Part shown: one piece after another, positions 19,691 to 30,191 of the stretch | How the letters are laid out: the number at the start of each line of letters is the position of its first letter | How positions within the stretch are numbered: position 1 is the stretch's first letter | From: an uncultured Acidobacteriota bacterium | GTDB taxonomy: Bacteria > Acidobacteriota > Terriglobia > UBA7540 | Reading direction: 5' to 3' | Length of the DNA stretch: 64,000 bases | Assembly: GCA_963804995.1 (NCBI GenBank) | Contig: CAWDSK010000006.1 | Span: forward strand, 1,696,001-1,760,000 | Notes under the pieces: generated by a model | Told to the model about the DNA's origin: nothing | Database searches by the model: none | Seen by the model: only the letters and a program-made list of their open reading frames with translations | Made by a program: the position numbers and the translations under genes

Positions 19691-20923
19691 CTACACCAAC
19701 CCTGACTTTTCCAGGGTGGCCTTGAGCAATTCGAACTGTTCCTCCAGCCGGGGCAGCAGGGCTGTGGCGCGGCTCAACTCTCCGGCCGCCGCCGCTTCCT
19801 GGGTTTCGAAGCAGAGGGCGCGAAGAACCTCGGCTGACACCGTGGCCGCCGCTCCCTTGAGGGCATGCGCCTGAAGCCGGGCCCCCTGGGCGTCGCCCGC
19901 CTCCAGCTTGTCCTTCAGGGTACACAACTGCTGCGGGACATCGTTCAAGAACCCGGCGAGGACCTGGCTGGCACGCTCCTGGTCGCCCAGGAGACGCGCG
20001 AGCAACTCTTGCTGGTTGAACACCGCTTCGATTCTGGTGGGAGAAGGGCTGGGGAGAGGCCTCAACTCGCTGCCGCTGGCGGGCGTGACCACCCATTTTT
20101 CCAGAACGTCCGCCAATTGCCACGGCTCCACGGGCTTCGCCAGATAGTCGTCCATGCCCGCCTGAAGGCACTTCTCCCGGTCTCCGCTAATGGCATCCGC
20201 GGTGAGGGCGATGATAGGAATTTTCGGGTTGCGCGCCCCTGTGCTGCGTTCTCGGATGCGGCGCGTGGCCTCGAAACCATCCATCTCCGGCCTTTCGCAG
20301 TCCATCAGGACCGCGTCATAGTTCACCTGCTGAAGCGCCCTGACAGCTTCATGGCCATCGGCCACCACTTCCGCGTCATAGCCGAGTTTGTGCAAAATGG
20401 CGATGGCCACTTCCTGGTTGGTCGGGTTATCCTCCACCACCAAGATGCGTGCCCGGCTGTTCCCTCGGGCAACGCTCGGGGGAGTACGGGCGGCGGCGTT
20501 GGACGGCGCGGCCGGCGTGGGCTTCGTCCCCAGGGCAAGCAAGGTTTCTTTCAGCGTACGCTCCCAAATCGGTTTGGAAACGTGCGCCGCGAACCCCCGC
20601 CTTTGCAGTTGTACCAAGTGGCTCTGCCCGCGCTTGCAGAAGCCGGTCATCAACACCAGCGCCGTCTGCTTCAATTGCGGATCGGCCGCGATCTGACGCC
20701 CCAGTTCTTCTCCATCCATCCCGGGCAGACTCTTATCCAGTAACGCAATTTGAAAGGGTTCAGCCTCCTGGGCGGCTTGACGGAGGATCGCCAGGGCAGA
20801 GGTTCCATCCGCGCACTCTTCCGTGCGGCAACCCCAGGATTTCAGCAGCCTCAGCACCAGCGCCCGGTTCGTCGAGCTATCATCTACCACTAGCACCCTC
20901 GCGTCACCGAGACGAGGCTGCAA
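19691..20923 (-). CDS. REC-REC-HPt C-terminal part of a hybrid sensor kinase
   Basis: VLVVDD..LLD..PGMDG, ILVVEDN..LMD..PEMDG, QAHALKGAA; overlaps the kinase ORF by 20 nt in another frame. Confidence 0.85.
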   Translation of the reverse strand: MQPRLGDARVLVVDDSSTNRALVLRLLKSWGCRTEECADGTSALAILRQAAQEAEPFQIALLDKSLPGMDGEELGRQIAADPQLKQTALVLMTGFCKRGQSHLVQLQRRGFAAHVSKPIWERTLKETLLALGTKPTPAAPSNAAARTPPSVARGNSRARILVVEDNPTNQEVAIAILHKLGYDAEVVADGHEAVRALQQVNYDAVLMDCERPEMDGFEATRRIRERSTGARNPKIPIIALTADAISGDREKCLQAGMDDYLAKPVEPWQLADVLEKWVVTPASGSELRPLPSPSPTRIEAVFNQQELLARLLGDQERASQVLAGFLNDVPQQLCTLKDKLEAGDAQGARLQAHALKGAAATVSAEVLRALCFETQEAAAAGELSRATALLPRLEEQFELLKATLEKSGLV

Positions 20924-23900
20924 CGCCGGTCACCGGCCCAGCCGGTCCCGGTTGCTTCTCAAAGACGGCGGTAAACCAGAACGTCGCTCCCTTCCCTTCC
21001 GCGCTCTCCGTGCCGATCCGGCCACCCATCAACTCGACCAGTTGCTTCGAAATGGACAAGCCCAGCCCCGTGCCGCCGTATCGACGCGTGCTGGATCCGT
21101 CCGCCTGAACGAAGGGCGCGAAGAGGGCGAAGGCTCGGTCCTGCGGGAAGCCAATGCCGGTATCGGTCACGGTGAAGCGCAGGGTCGCGGTGCGTTCGTC
21201 CTCCGCCTCCAGTCGCACCCGGAGGGCAACCTCGCCCCGAGGTGTAAACTTCACGGCGTTCCCCAGCAAGTTCACCAGCACCTGGCGGAGCCTGCCAGGG
21301 TCCCCGCGCAGCAACCAGGGAGTATCTGGCTCCAGCTCGCAGGTCAGTTCCAGCCCCTTTTCGCAAGCCTTGGTGGCCAGCACTCCGGTGGAGTGCTCCA
21401 GGACGGTGTGCAGATCGAAGTCGGTTGCCTCCAGCCTCAACTTCCGGGCTTCGATCTTGGAGAAATCCAGAATGTCGTTAATCACCGCCAGCAGCGCCTC
21501 GCCGCAGGTACGCACAATGTTGGCGTACTGCTGTTGCTCCGGCGTCAGCTCGGTGTCCAGAAGCAAACCGGCCATGCCGATCACGCCATTCATCGGGGTG
21601 CGGATTTCATGGCTCATATTGGCCAGGAACTGGCTCTTCGCCCGGTTGGCGGCTTCGGCGGCTTCCTTGGCCTTGCGCATTTCCGCCTCGGCTTGCTTGC
21701 GTTCGGTGATGTCGACCGCGGTTACCTCGATAATTTCATGTTCATCTTCCTCCGCTATGGTGATGTTGGCGAGGCACCAAACCGTCGCTCCGTCCCGGCG
21801 CTTGAGCTGGATCTCGTGGTTGTTGAGGATCTGTTGCTGGCGCAAGAGGTCTATTAAGGGCTGCCCGCCGGCCGGATCGGGGTGGAAGTCCAGAGCATGG
21901 CGGTTCTTCAACTCCTCCCAGGAATCATAGCCCAGGATGCGCAGCATGGATTGATTGCAATCGAGGATTTGCCCTTCAATGGTGGTGCGGAAGACGCCGG
22001 CGGCGTTGCGCTCAACAAACAGGCGGTAACGTCGCTCCGAAGCCTTCAGGTCCATCTCCGCCCTTTTGCGCTCGGTGATGTCCTGGCCGATTCCCGCCAC
22101 AAAGATCTGCCCGGAGGCGTCTTGGACCGGGAACTTATCGGCCAACCAGTAGCAGGGCTCTCCGTCGGGACCCAGCGTTTCCTCCGTAACTTTAATCGCC
22201 TGGCCTGCGGCCAGGGCAGCCCGATCGTTCTTCCTGAATTGCTCGGCGACCGCGTGTGGATAGATTTCGAAGTCCGTCTTGCCCAGTCGGTCTTCGCGCC
22301 GAATGCCGAAGTGTTTTTGATAGGTCTCGTTGATGTAAACGTAATGGCCCTGCGCATCTTTCATCCAGGCGACCGTGGGGCTGTTGTCCATGAACAGCCG
22401 GAAGCGTTCCTCGCTTTTGCGCAGCGCCTCCTCCTGCTGCTTGCGCATCAGGGCCACACCGACGCTGGCGCTTAGCCCCTCAAAGAACTGGATCATCTCC
22501 AGCGTGAAACAGTCTTTCTTCCGGTCATTGAGCTGCAGCAGGCCCACAATCTCGCCATGGGCGCGGATGGGAATAAGCGCCACAGAACAATACCCTTGAT
22601 GAACACATTTGTTGCGGGGATGAAGCCTGGGGTCCTGATGGGCGGGAAGATCCAGTAAGGGCAGCGAGTTGTTGGTCCAGCAGCTTCCTCCCTTGGTAAA
22701 TAGGGCGTTGGCCGGATCGGTCTGCCCGGAAATGACCAGGCCGCAGGTGCACTCCAAGCTGATCCTGCCGTTCTTATCCCGGCACGGGCCACCACTCTTG
22801 TCCCGGGCAATTAGGGTATTTTCGGTCAGCAAGAAATCAGGGGAAAAGCCGCTCTGGACAAAGTAGGGGAAGTCCTCGCCGCTGCGGAGTCGAATCCCTA
22901 CCGCGTCGACACCCGTTTCCCGCTTAATGGCCGCGAGAATCTGGTTGACCACCTCCGGTACGCTGAGGGGTTCATTAAGAGTCTTCAGGATTTCAGCGGA
23001 AAGAGATTGGTTGCGTTCCGCCCGCCGGCGCTCGGTGATGTCGCGGTTGAAGGCGAAGCAGTATTCCTTCCCGTCAAACTCCAGGTAGTTCGTAGTTACC
23101 TCGACCGGGAAAACCTTTCCCTGTTTGGTTACGTTTTGGGTTTCAAAGGTCATCGAGCCCCGTGCTTTGATCTCCTCCCAAACCGTCTTCCATGCTTCTT
23201 TCGGGATGAGCGGATCTAAATCCGGGATCGACAGGGAGAGGATCTCCTCGCGGGAACGGCCCAAGGAGCGGCAGGCGGCCTGGTTGACGTAGACGACACG
23301 GCCTTGCGGGTCCACCCAATATACATTGTCGGAGGCATGCTCCATGGAGAATTGCGTCAGCCGAAGCTCCTCTTCTGCCCGCTGGCGCTCGGTGAGGCCT
23401 CGGACTACCGCCTGGACAACGGCTTTGCCCTCCAGCTCCATGGCACTGAGCAGAACATCGGCGGGAAAGGCCTTGCCAGTGTCGGCTCGTTGGTGGACCC
23501 ACTCGAAGTGGTGGGAGGCCTTTTTGATCGCCGCGGCCATGTGCTGGTTGGCCAGGGTCATGGAATCCGTGCCGCAAGGCTGGTGAGACGGCGACAGATC
23601 GGCGGGGTGAAGCGAGCAAAAGTCCTCGCGGGTAGCGCAGCCGTAGATCGCCAAGGCCGCTGGGTTGCAGTCGAGAAAACCGTTTTCGTCAGCCAGCATC
23701 ACCGCGTCGGTGGTGGACTCATACAGCGTGCGGAACTTGGTCTCCGAGCGGCGCAGCGCTTCCTCCATTGCCTTGCGCTCGGTAATGTCGCGGCCCACCC
23801 CTTGAATCTCGCTGAGGTGGCCCTCCGGGTCATAGAACGCGCGGTTCACGAACTGCATCCAGTGGACTTGTCCGTCGCTGCCGTAAACCCGGTTTTCCAC

Positions 23901-24638
23901 GACCACGACCGGATGGTCTGGTGACAGCGTGCTCAGTTGCTTCTGGACAAGCGGCCGGTCTTCTGCCACCGCCATGGGCTGCCAGTTCCGGCCCACCAAT
24001 TCCTGACGGGTCTTGCCGAAGAAACGGCAGAACACTTCGTTCACGAAGGTGATCGTTCCGTCTGCCTTCATCCGGCAGATGACCTCGGTCTGATCCCCCA
24101 CAATTGTCCGGAACTGCTTCTCACTCTGCCGCAGTTCTTCGTGCCCCAGCTTTCCGTCAGTGATGTCGAGGGTCGTGCCGACCAGGCGCCTGGATTTGCC
24201 GTCGAGGTCTACAACTATTTGCCCGCGACTGCGGACCAGCCGCAGGGTCCCATCGCGGCGCACGACTTGATGCTCCAGGTCAAAAGGTTCTTGGGTCTGT
24301 AAGGTCTTTTTAAGGGTTTCATTAACTTGTTCACGATCGGCGGCCGGAATGGCGTCCATCACCTTGCCGAACGGCAGGGCAGCCGCGCTGCGGGGCCAAT
24401 CGAGAATGCGGAAGAAGCCGTCCGACCCGTGAAACTCGCAGGCCTGTGCATCCAACTCCCAGCTACCCAAAGGGGAGATAGACTTTACTTTACCCTTTTT
24501 GTTCTTGGGCAACGCGGCTTCGTCGGCAGGACGTGCCATCGCCTTCGGAATCGACCCGGGATCAATCTGGTCCGAGGGGCTGCCGCGCAGTCCTTCCCCG
24601 CTCACGATTTTCAATGAAAGCGTTTTCCTGTGCTTCAA
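20904..24638 (-). CDS. Multi-PAS/GAF hybrid histidine kinase (HisKA-HATPase), split from its receiver part
   Basis: Repeated DITERK PAC motifs, GAF, FLANMSHEIRTPMNGV, NLLGNAVKFT, GGTGLGL. Confidence 0.93.
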   Translation of the reverse strand: MKHRKTLSLKIVSGEGLRGSPSDQIDPGSIPKAMARPADEAALPKNKKGKVKSISPLGSWELDAQACEFHGSDGFFRILDWPRSAAALPFGKVMDAIPAADREQVNETLKKTLQTQEPFDLEHQVVRRDGTLRLVRSRGQIVVDLDGKSRRLVGTTLDITDGKLGHEELRQSEKQFRTIVGDQTEVICRMKADGTITFVNEVFCRFFGKTRQELVGRNWQPMAVAEDRPLVQKQLSTLSPDHPVVVVENRVYGSDGQVHWMQFVNRAFYDPEGHLSEIQGVGRDITERKAMEEALRRSETKFRTLYESTTDAVMLADENGFLDCNPAALAIYGCATREDFCSLHPADLSPSHQPCGTDSMTLANQHMAAAIKKASHHFEWVHQRADTGKAFPADVLLSAMELEGKAVVQAVVRGLTERQRAEEELRLTQFSMEHASDNVYWVDPQGRVVYVNQAACRSLGRSREEILSLSIPDLDPLIPKEAWKTVWEEIKARGSMTFETQNVTKQGKVFPVEVTTNYLEFDGKEYCFAFNRDITERRRAERNQSLSAEILKTLNEPLSVPEVVNQILAAIKRETGVDAVGIRLRSGEDFPYFVQSGFSPDFLLTENTLIARDKSGGPCRDKNGRISLECTCGLVISGQTDPANALFTKGGSCWTNNSLPLLDLPAHQDPRLHPRNKCVHQGYCSVALIPIRAHGEIVGLLQLNDRKKDCFTLEMIQFFEGLSASVGVALMRKQQEEALRKSEERFRLFMDNSPTVAWMKDAQGHYVYINETYQKHFGIRREDRLGKTDFEIYPHAVAEQFRKNDRAALAAGQAIKVTEETLGPDGEPCYWLADKFPVQDASGQIFVAGIGQDITERKRAEMDLKASERRYRLFVERNAAGVFRTTIEGQILDCNQSMLRILGYDSWEELKNRHALDFHPDPAGGQPLIDLLRQQQILNNHEIQLKRRDGATVWCLANITIAEEDEHEIIEVTAVDITERKQAEAEMRKAKEAAEAANRAKSQFLANMSHEIRTPMNGVIGMAGLLLDTELTPEQQQYANIVRTCGEALLAVINDILDFSKIEARKLRLEATDFDLHTVLEHSTGVLATKACEKGLELTCELEPDTPWLLRGDPGRLRQVLVNLLGNAVKFTPRGEVALRVRLEAEDERTATLRFTVTDTGIGFPQDRAFALFAPFVQADGSSTRRYGGTGLGLSISKQLVELMGGRIGTESAEGKGATFWFTAVFEKQPGPAGPVTGVAASSR

Positions 24639-25016
24639 AACAATTCCAGCCTTCCAGCGGGCGCGGCGTGGCTACGGGCTTATTACGAGGTGCACAGACG
24701 AGCACCTCCCCATGAACTTTTATCGGCTGAGTAAACTGTTACTTGAAGGTATTTTGGGAAAGATTTGCGACGGGTTCCCGCAGGGGGATGCGGGTTGCAG
24801 GGGTGGCCTCCGCAGAGAATCGCTGGACCACGCTATCGTGTTCAAGGAAGCCTACTTGCGGGTGTGGGTTCGCTGATATTTCAGCTACTATCAGGCGGAT
24901 GGTTCATCCGCTCTTTTCACTCCTTCCCAGCGGCTAAGAATCATGCGCTGACGAAGTGGAACTGCTACAGTAAACTTGACTCATGATTTGCGGAGTTCGA
25001 GTGACAGGAGGAACGC

Positions 25017-25838
25017 ATGCTTGACGGAAAACCGCTCGCCGTGGTGACGGGCGCATCGAGCGGCATTGGTGCAGCATTTGCGCGGGCGCTGGCGGCGCGG
25101 GGTTACGACTTGGCGTTGGTGGCGCGTCGCCAGGATCGGTTGGAGCGGTTGGCGGATGAAATCAGCAAGGCTCACGGCGCGCGTTCGACGGTGCTGGCCG
25201 CGGACCTTACGAACGATGCGGAATTGCGCAAGGTTGAGGATTTCCTGGCGGGTGCGGCGAATCTTGCCCTGCTGGTCAACAACGCGGGCTTCGGCGCCCT
25301 AGGCAGATTCTTCGAGGCGCCCGTCGAAAGCGCTGACGCCATGCATCGACTTCACGTGCTGGCCACCATGCGCCTGACGCACGCGGCGCTGCGCAATCTG
25401 GTGGCGCGCGGTGAAGGAGCGATCGTTAATGTATCCTCGGTGGCGGCGTTTGTGCCGCGGCCCGGCAGCACCAGCTACTACGCTACGAAGGCGTGGATCA
25501 ACTGTTTCACCGAATGCATCCACTTGGAGTTGAAGAGCGCCGGGTCGCGGGTGCGTGTGCAAGCGCTGTGCCCGGGATTCACGCTGACGGAGTTTCATGA
25601 CGTGCTGGGCGTCGATCGCAAAACCATCTTGAGCGGAGCCTGGTGGATGGCGGCGGATGACGTGGTCGCGGCGTCGCTCCACGGTCTCGATAAGGGAAAG
25701 CTTTTTGTGGTGCCAGGGCTGCGTTACAAGCTGCTGGTAGGATTGCTACGCATGTTGCCGCGAGGCCTTGTGCACTATGCAGTCGCGAAAGGTCCCGCGG
25801 GTTTGCGCAGCGACCGACGACCTGCGAAGAGCGCATGA
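25017..25838 (+). CDS. Short-chain dehydrogenase/reductase
   Basis: TGASSGIG, NNAG, YYATK. Confidence 0.93.
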   Translation: MLDGKPLAVVTGASSGIGAAFARALAARGYDLALVARRQDRLERLADEISKAHGARSTVLAADLTNDAELRKVEDFLAGAANLALLVNNAGFGALGRFFEAPVESADAMHRLHVLATMRLTHAALRNLVARGEGAIVNVSSVAAFVPRPGSTSYYATKAWINCFTECIHLELKSAGSRVRVQALCPGFTLTEFHDVLGVDRKTILSGAWWMAADDVVAASLHGLDKGKLFVVPGLRYKLLVGLLRMLPRGLVHYAVAKGPAGLRSDRRPAKSA

Positions 25839-26225
25839 AGGTTGCATGCCGACATGGCGGGCGCAGCGGCTTATCAGTCTATCGATGTGATCGCGGCGTT
25901 TCCGACTACGAGGATTGGCGCGAGCGGGGTTTGAAAACCAGAGACGCGGCACGGATATTAGTCAGCCAAAAACGAGAGCGGGGAACCGTTACCGGCTCCC
26001 CGTCTCAGGTGATCGTCGTTTTTGCCGTGGCAGCGTCCGCGGGGCGTTGCCAAGGTGCGCACCGCAAGAGCGGTGTGATTATTCGACCAACCTCTGCATG
26101 CCCGGTGGAGTCTTTCCTCCTGCCGTCTGCATACTCCCTTCATACTCCTCTCCCAGAGGAATTGCAAGTACCCCAAAGTACTATTTTTGGATTTTTCAAG
26201 GGCCTCACCTTTCCTCCAAGTGATC

Positions 26226-26705
26226 GGATGGTTCGAGAATGACGAGGCGGATGATTTCCTGCCCCCTAACGGAACTTCGTGGTGGATAAAGCGTGCATAG
26301 GCGCCACTCGGGGAAGCATCCCGAGGGACATAATGTCCGAGTGGGGCGGTGGACTGGGGGTTAGGGGCTGGGGATTGGGGTCTCGGGACTTGGGACTGGG
26401 GTTCGGGATTGGGAATTCGGGACTGGGGATTAAGGGGCCGGGATACGGAACACGGAATACGGATTCGGGGCTCGGGAAACGGGGCGCGGAACAAACTGTC
26501 GGCTGTGAGCGGTCAGCTTGTAGCGCGGGTGTCCCCACCCGCGTCTAATCCGGGCGTCCCCACCCGGGTTTTGCGTGTCTCGCTACCTCGAAGACGCGGG
26601 TGAGGACACCCGCGCTACAACAGAAAACTGAGAGCTGAAAGCTGAGGGCTGAGAGCTGCTAGCTTTTACCTGTCAGCTGTTAGCTACCGTGGGGCATCGG
26701 GCGGG
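26226..26705. repeat. Inverted diverged copy of the composite non-coding element at 18281-19611
   Basis: 26496-26705 is near-identical in reverse complement to 18281-18617 once the MITE is removed; further matching blocks at 26325-26344, 26254-26285 and 26226-26236. Confidence 0.85.
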
Positions 26706-26751
26706 AGAAAAGGCCACGGGCCGGGCGGCTCGCCTGCCATACGGCGTTTGG

Positions 26752-28296
26752 TCATTTCCCTTTTGGGTTTAGGCCACCACGCAGGGTCGCCAGGGCTTCG
26801 GCTACTTCGCGGCCTTTGACTTCGATGAGGTCAAGGAGTTCTACAGGAGTACGGGTGTCTTCCGTGCTTTTGGCGTTGGGGTTTACCGCTTTCAGGTCGA
26901 AATTCTTGGCTTCGATATCGGCGCGGGGGACGGTCCAGCTTCGGTCGCTGTCGCCGCGGGTGGGGAGCAAGCGGAAGAAGTCCTCAAACTTGTCCACTGT
27001 GAACGGCTTCTTCTTTCCAACTTTGATATCCGAGAGGTCGTAATACCAAACCCTTTCCGTGGGCTGGCCTTTGGTAAAGAAAAGCAGGTTGGTTTTCACA
27101 CCGGCGCCGGCAGCCGTAAAGACTCCACCCGGCAGGCTGACGATGCACCAGAGGTCGTAATCGTCCAGCAGTTTGCGCTTGGTCTGGACGAAAGCCGTCT
27201 CGTTGTTGCGAAACAGCACGCCTTCATCCAACACGATTCCACACCGCCCACCCGGTTTGAGGCTGTCGATAACGTGTTGAAGAAACAGCACCTGGGTGGC
27301 CCCGGTCTTGTAGGCAAAGCGGGTTTGGGCCTCCTTGCCTTCTTTGCCGCCGAAGGGCGGATTCATCAGCACCACGTCATAGAGCGCCGGTGCGTTGGCG
27401 AATAATCCACCATAAGTCTCGGCTCCGGAAAGGGTGTTGCCGTGCCAGACGTGGGGCTCATCCATGCCGTGCAGCACGAGGTTGGCAAGGGCAATGGGGT
27501 AGATGGCGTTGTCCTTCTCGCGCCCATAAAACGTCCGCACTTTGAGGGTTTCAAGCTGGTCGGGCGAAGTGATGTTCTGGTTATTCGGTCCGGCCATGTG
27601 TTCAAACGACTGCGCCAGAAATCCGCCCGTCCCGCAGCCGGGGTCATAAACCGTTTCGCCGACCTTGGGGTCAATCACCCGCACCATGGCGCGGATAATC
27701 TCGCGGGGTGTGAAGAACTGGCCCCCGTCGTTACCTTTCTCACCCATCTTCAGTAGTAACCCTTCGTAAATCTGCGACAAAGTGAAAACGTGCGTGGTAT
27801 CCACGCTTTCGCCGCTAATCTCGTGGACCTTGTTGAGAATGTCCAAGAGGTTCCGCTCGGTGTCGATGCGAGTCCGGTCAATGCCGGAAAAGATTTCGGA
27901 GATGACTTTCTGCCGGGCGGTAGCGTTCGGGCGCTCTTTCAACTTCTTCAGGTGGGGAATCAATTCTCCATCTACAAAGCCCTTGAATGCGCCCAGGGTG
28001 CCGCCGGCAAGTTCCTTGCGCTTGGGTCCCTCCGGCGCAGCCCAATCCTGCCAGCGGTAAGGGGCTTCGAGCGACAGCGTAAGCTCTGCACCGACGGCAT
28101 CGGCGCGTTCGGCATCCTTGGCTTCCTGCTCGTCAAGAATGCGGAGAAAGAGAATCCAAGTGAGTTCTGGTACGTATTGAAGCGCCCCCGCGCAATTCGA
28201 GCGCCGCATGATGTCGCAGATGGATTTGATGGCACCGTTCAGGGATTGCTGGCCATTGAAAGTCCTACTACTTTTCGCTGGTCTGGACAGGGGCAT
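26752..28296 (-). CDS. hsdM: Type I R-M methyltransferase subunit (N6-adenine)
   Basis: GQFFTPR, YDPGCGTGGFL, NPPF. Confidence 0.95.
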   Translation of the reverse strand: MPLSRPAKSSRTFNGQQSLNGAIKSICDIMRRSNCAGALQYVPELTWILFLRILDEQEAKDAERADAVGAELTLSLEAPYRWQDWAAPEGPKRKELAGGTLGAFKGFVDGELIPHLKKLKERPNATARQKVISEIFSGIDRTRIDTERNLLDILNKVHEISGESVDTTHVFTLSQIYEGLLLKMGEKGNDGGQFFTPREIIRAMVRVIDPKVGETVYDPGCGTGGFLAQSFEHMAGPNNQNITSPDQLETLKVRTFYGREKDNAIYPIALANLVLHGMDEPHVWHGNTLSGAETYGGLFANAPALYDVVLMNPPFGGKEGKEAQTRFAYKTGATQVLFLQHVIDSLKPGGRCGIVLDEGVLFRNNETAFVQTKRKLLDDYDLWCIVSLPGGVFTAAGAGVKTNLLFFTKGQPTERVWYYDLSDIKVGKKKPFTVDKFEDFFRLLPTRGDSDRSWTVPRADIEAKNFDLKAVNPNAKSTEDTRTPVELLDLIEVKGREVAEALATLRGGLNPKGK

Positions 28297-28496
28297 GGGC
28301 TAAACCTTTCACCACCAAGACACCAAGGCACCAAGAGAACCCATTCATAAGGATACGGACGAAATTCGTACCTGGGGTTTTCGAGGGAAAACTCCAGGTG
28401 CCAAAGTATCAAAGCCCTTCGCTTTCTTGGTGTCTTTGTGTCTTGGTGGTTCATCTGGCTTTTCTTTCACCACCAAGACACCAAGGCACCAAGAGA

Positions 28497-28669
28497 TCAA
28501 AGGGCAAGTCGCTGGATTCCCTGCTTGATGAGGGCGCTATTGAAGTTCACCAGCAAACCGGGCCGAGCGCCGTATGCACCGCAAATGCCGCATCAACGAT
28601 CTTCGACGCGACTTCATCCGTTTCCTTGGGAATGGGCTCGCTTGGTGCCTTGGTGTCTTGGTGGTTCAT
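28497..28669 (-). pseudogene. GxxExxY-family protein relic with large internal deletion
   Basis: MNHQDTKAP...IVDAAFAVHTALGP fused out of frame to GLLVNFNSALIKQGIQRLAL-stop; flanked by CACCAAG(A/G) octamer repeats. Confidence 0.75.
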
Positions 28670-28736
28670 CTTTCTTTCCTTTTACCACCAAGTCACAAAG
28701 ACACCAAGAAAACTTGGCGCCCTCGTGCCTTGTTGG

Positions 28737-29933
28737 TTACATTTCGCCCGCGAAGGCCCGGCGCAAGAGGGCGGCGGGCAATTTGTTGATGGCGTCCAAT
28801 TCCTCCTCGATTGCTCTGCATGCTTTCGCTGCCGTCATCATCTGCTCAGAAAGGCGCGCAACCATGCTTTGTTGGTCCGCTAAAGGCGGAATGGGCACTT
28901 TTAAGTTACGTATCAATTCCCCGTTCAGATTCGGCTGATTGCCGCCGCGTCCTTCCGTTTCGCTTCTGATGCGGGAGTAGCCATATCGAAACCAGGACTG
29001 GAGATACAAGCTATCAAATATATCGGGGTTGGGCAAAATGGCGAAGCAGGCTTGGTTCGTTGTCGCCGGAACCGCCAGAATCCCAGTCCGACCTCGGGTC
29101 TGGCCCTGTCCGTACATCGCGATAAGAAGGGTGCCTGCCGGTAGAACCCTAAGCGAGGTTTCGATCAGCGCACGCTCGGTGACATGTTCCTCAGTGTCTT
29201 GAATAACTCCGTCAACTAATTCTCCCGTTTTCACCCATGGGATCGAGCCAGCATAGTAGTCGATGCGACCCCTCGAAGGTGTAGTGCCGCTGCACGTCTC
29301 CGCGACCGTCCCAATAAGTCTCATCGGCCACCGTTCGGTCTCAAGGCCCCTAAACGCGCATCGGAGGTAGGCGGCACCAAGCGCTTTGGCGGCTTCGAGT
29401 CGGGCTTCGGCGGCGGCCCGCGCCCGCTCCACCGTCGCCATCTGCTCATTCAAAATCGCCGCAATCCGCTTCTGTTCTGCTGGCGGCGGGAGGGGGATCT
29501 TCAAGGATTCGATGTTCTCCCGTCCAAGTCCCGGTACAGTTGATCCGAGAGCAGCACTCTGCAACTCATAGAGACGCGTGGTAAGAATCCAAAATAGGAA
29601 TTGTCGGGTCGGTCCATCGGACGTTGGTCGTACAGCCATCAATTGACGTCCAATGGCAACTCGCTCTTTGGGAGAGAGGTTGATTTTGCCGACACCGGCA
29701 CCCTTGACGGTGACCAAAACGTCTCCCGGCTCGCTCCAGGCCTTAGGTTTCTCCGTCCACTTACTTATTGTGGGCGAGGATCTTCCGAAGTCGGCAGGAC
29801 CGGTGAGATACCCAATGCCTCGAAAATTCCGGTTGTAGTCACTTTCTAATATGTGCTGGCCGGGATGCACAGTGCATATCTCGCCAAGCCGCACCCAGCG
29901 CCAGCCGTCCGGTAATGTGGATTGTCTGATCAT
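28737..29933 (-). CDS. hsdS: Type I R-M specificity subunit
   Basis: LPDGWRWVRLGEI; two TRDs each followed by IP(L/I)PP..(E/D)Q; LLRRAFAGEM. Confidence 0.93.
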   Translation of the reverse strand: MIRQSTLPDGWRWVRLGEICTVHPGQHILESDYNRNFRGIGYLTGPADFGRSSPTISKWTEKPKAWSEPGDVLVTVKGAGVGKINLSPKERVAIGRQLMAVRPTSDGPTRQFLFWILTTRLYELQSAALGSTVPGLGRENIESLKIPLPPPAEQKRIAAILNEQMATVERARAAAEARLEAAKALGAAYLRCAFRGLETERWPMRLIGTVAETCSGTTPSRGRIDYYAGSIPWVKTGELVDGVIQDTEEHVTERALIETSLRVLPAGTLLIAMYGQGQTRGRTGILAVPATTNQACFAILPNPDIFDSLYLQSWFRYGYSRIRSETEGRGGNQPNLNGELIRNLKVPIPPLADQQSMVARLSEQMMTAAKACRAIEEELDAINKLPAALLRRAFAGEM

Positions 29934-29963
29934 AGGCAGGGGTGCAACCGGCGACAGACTTAA

Positions 29964-30191
29964 TTAGCGCAGGCGCAGGTAGTCCTCGACGCTGAACCCG
30001 GCATCCTTGAGGATACGCACAGCCAAGCCGCGGCCGATATCGCAACCGGTGTGAACGGGGATAGTGACGGACACGTTGCGTCCGGCGTGCCACAAGGTGA
30101 GATGGCTGCCGGCCTGACGGTCTTCCGCGAAACCCTGCGTTTTGAGGAACCGCACCAGTTCGTGCGCCGTCACCTGGGGCATGCGGCTCAT
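29964..30191 (-). CDS. hicA: HicA toxin
   Basis: GF..DRQAGSH, VTIPVH, L...ILKDAG. Confidence 0.92.
   Translation of the reverse strand: MSRMPQVTAHELVRFLKTQGFAEDRQAGSHLTLWHAGRNVSVTIPVHTGCDIGRGLAVRILKDAGFSVEDYLRLR

Noticed and set aside
19084..19705. ORFs of 142-173 aa across the repeats, and similar ORFs at 25958-26603
   Set aside because: Translations are low-complexity products of heptamer and REP repeats
28308..28735. Possible CRISPR-like array of CACCAAG repeats
   Set aside because: Units alternate in orientation with irregular spacing and flank a gene relic
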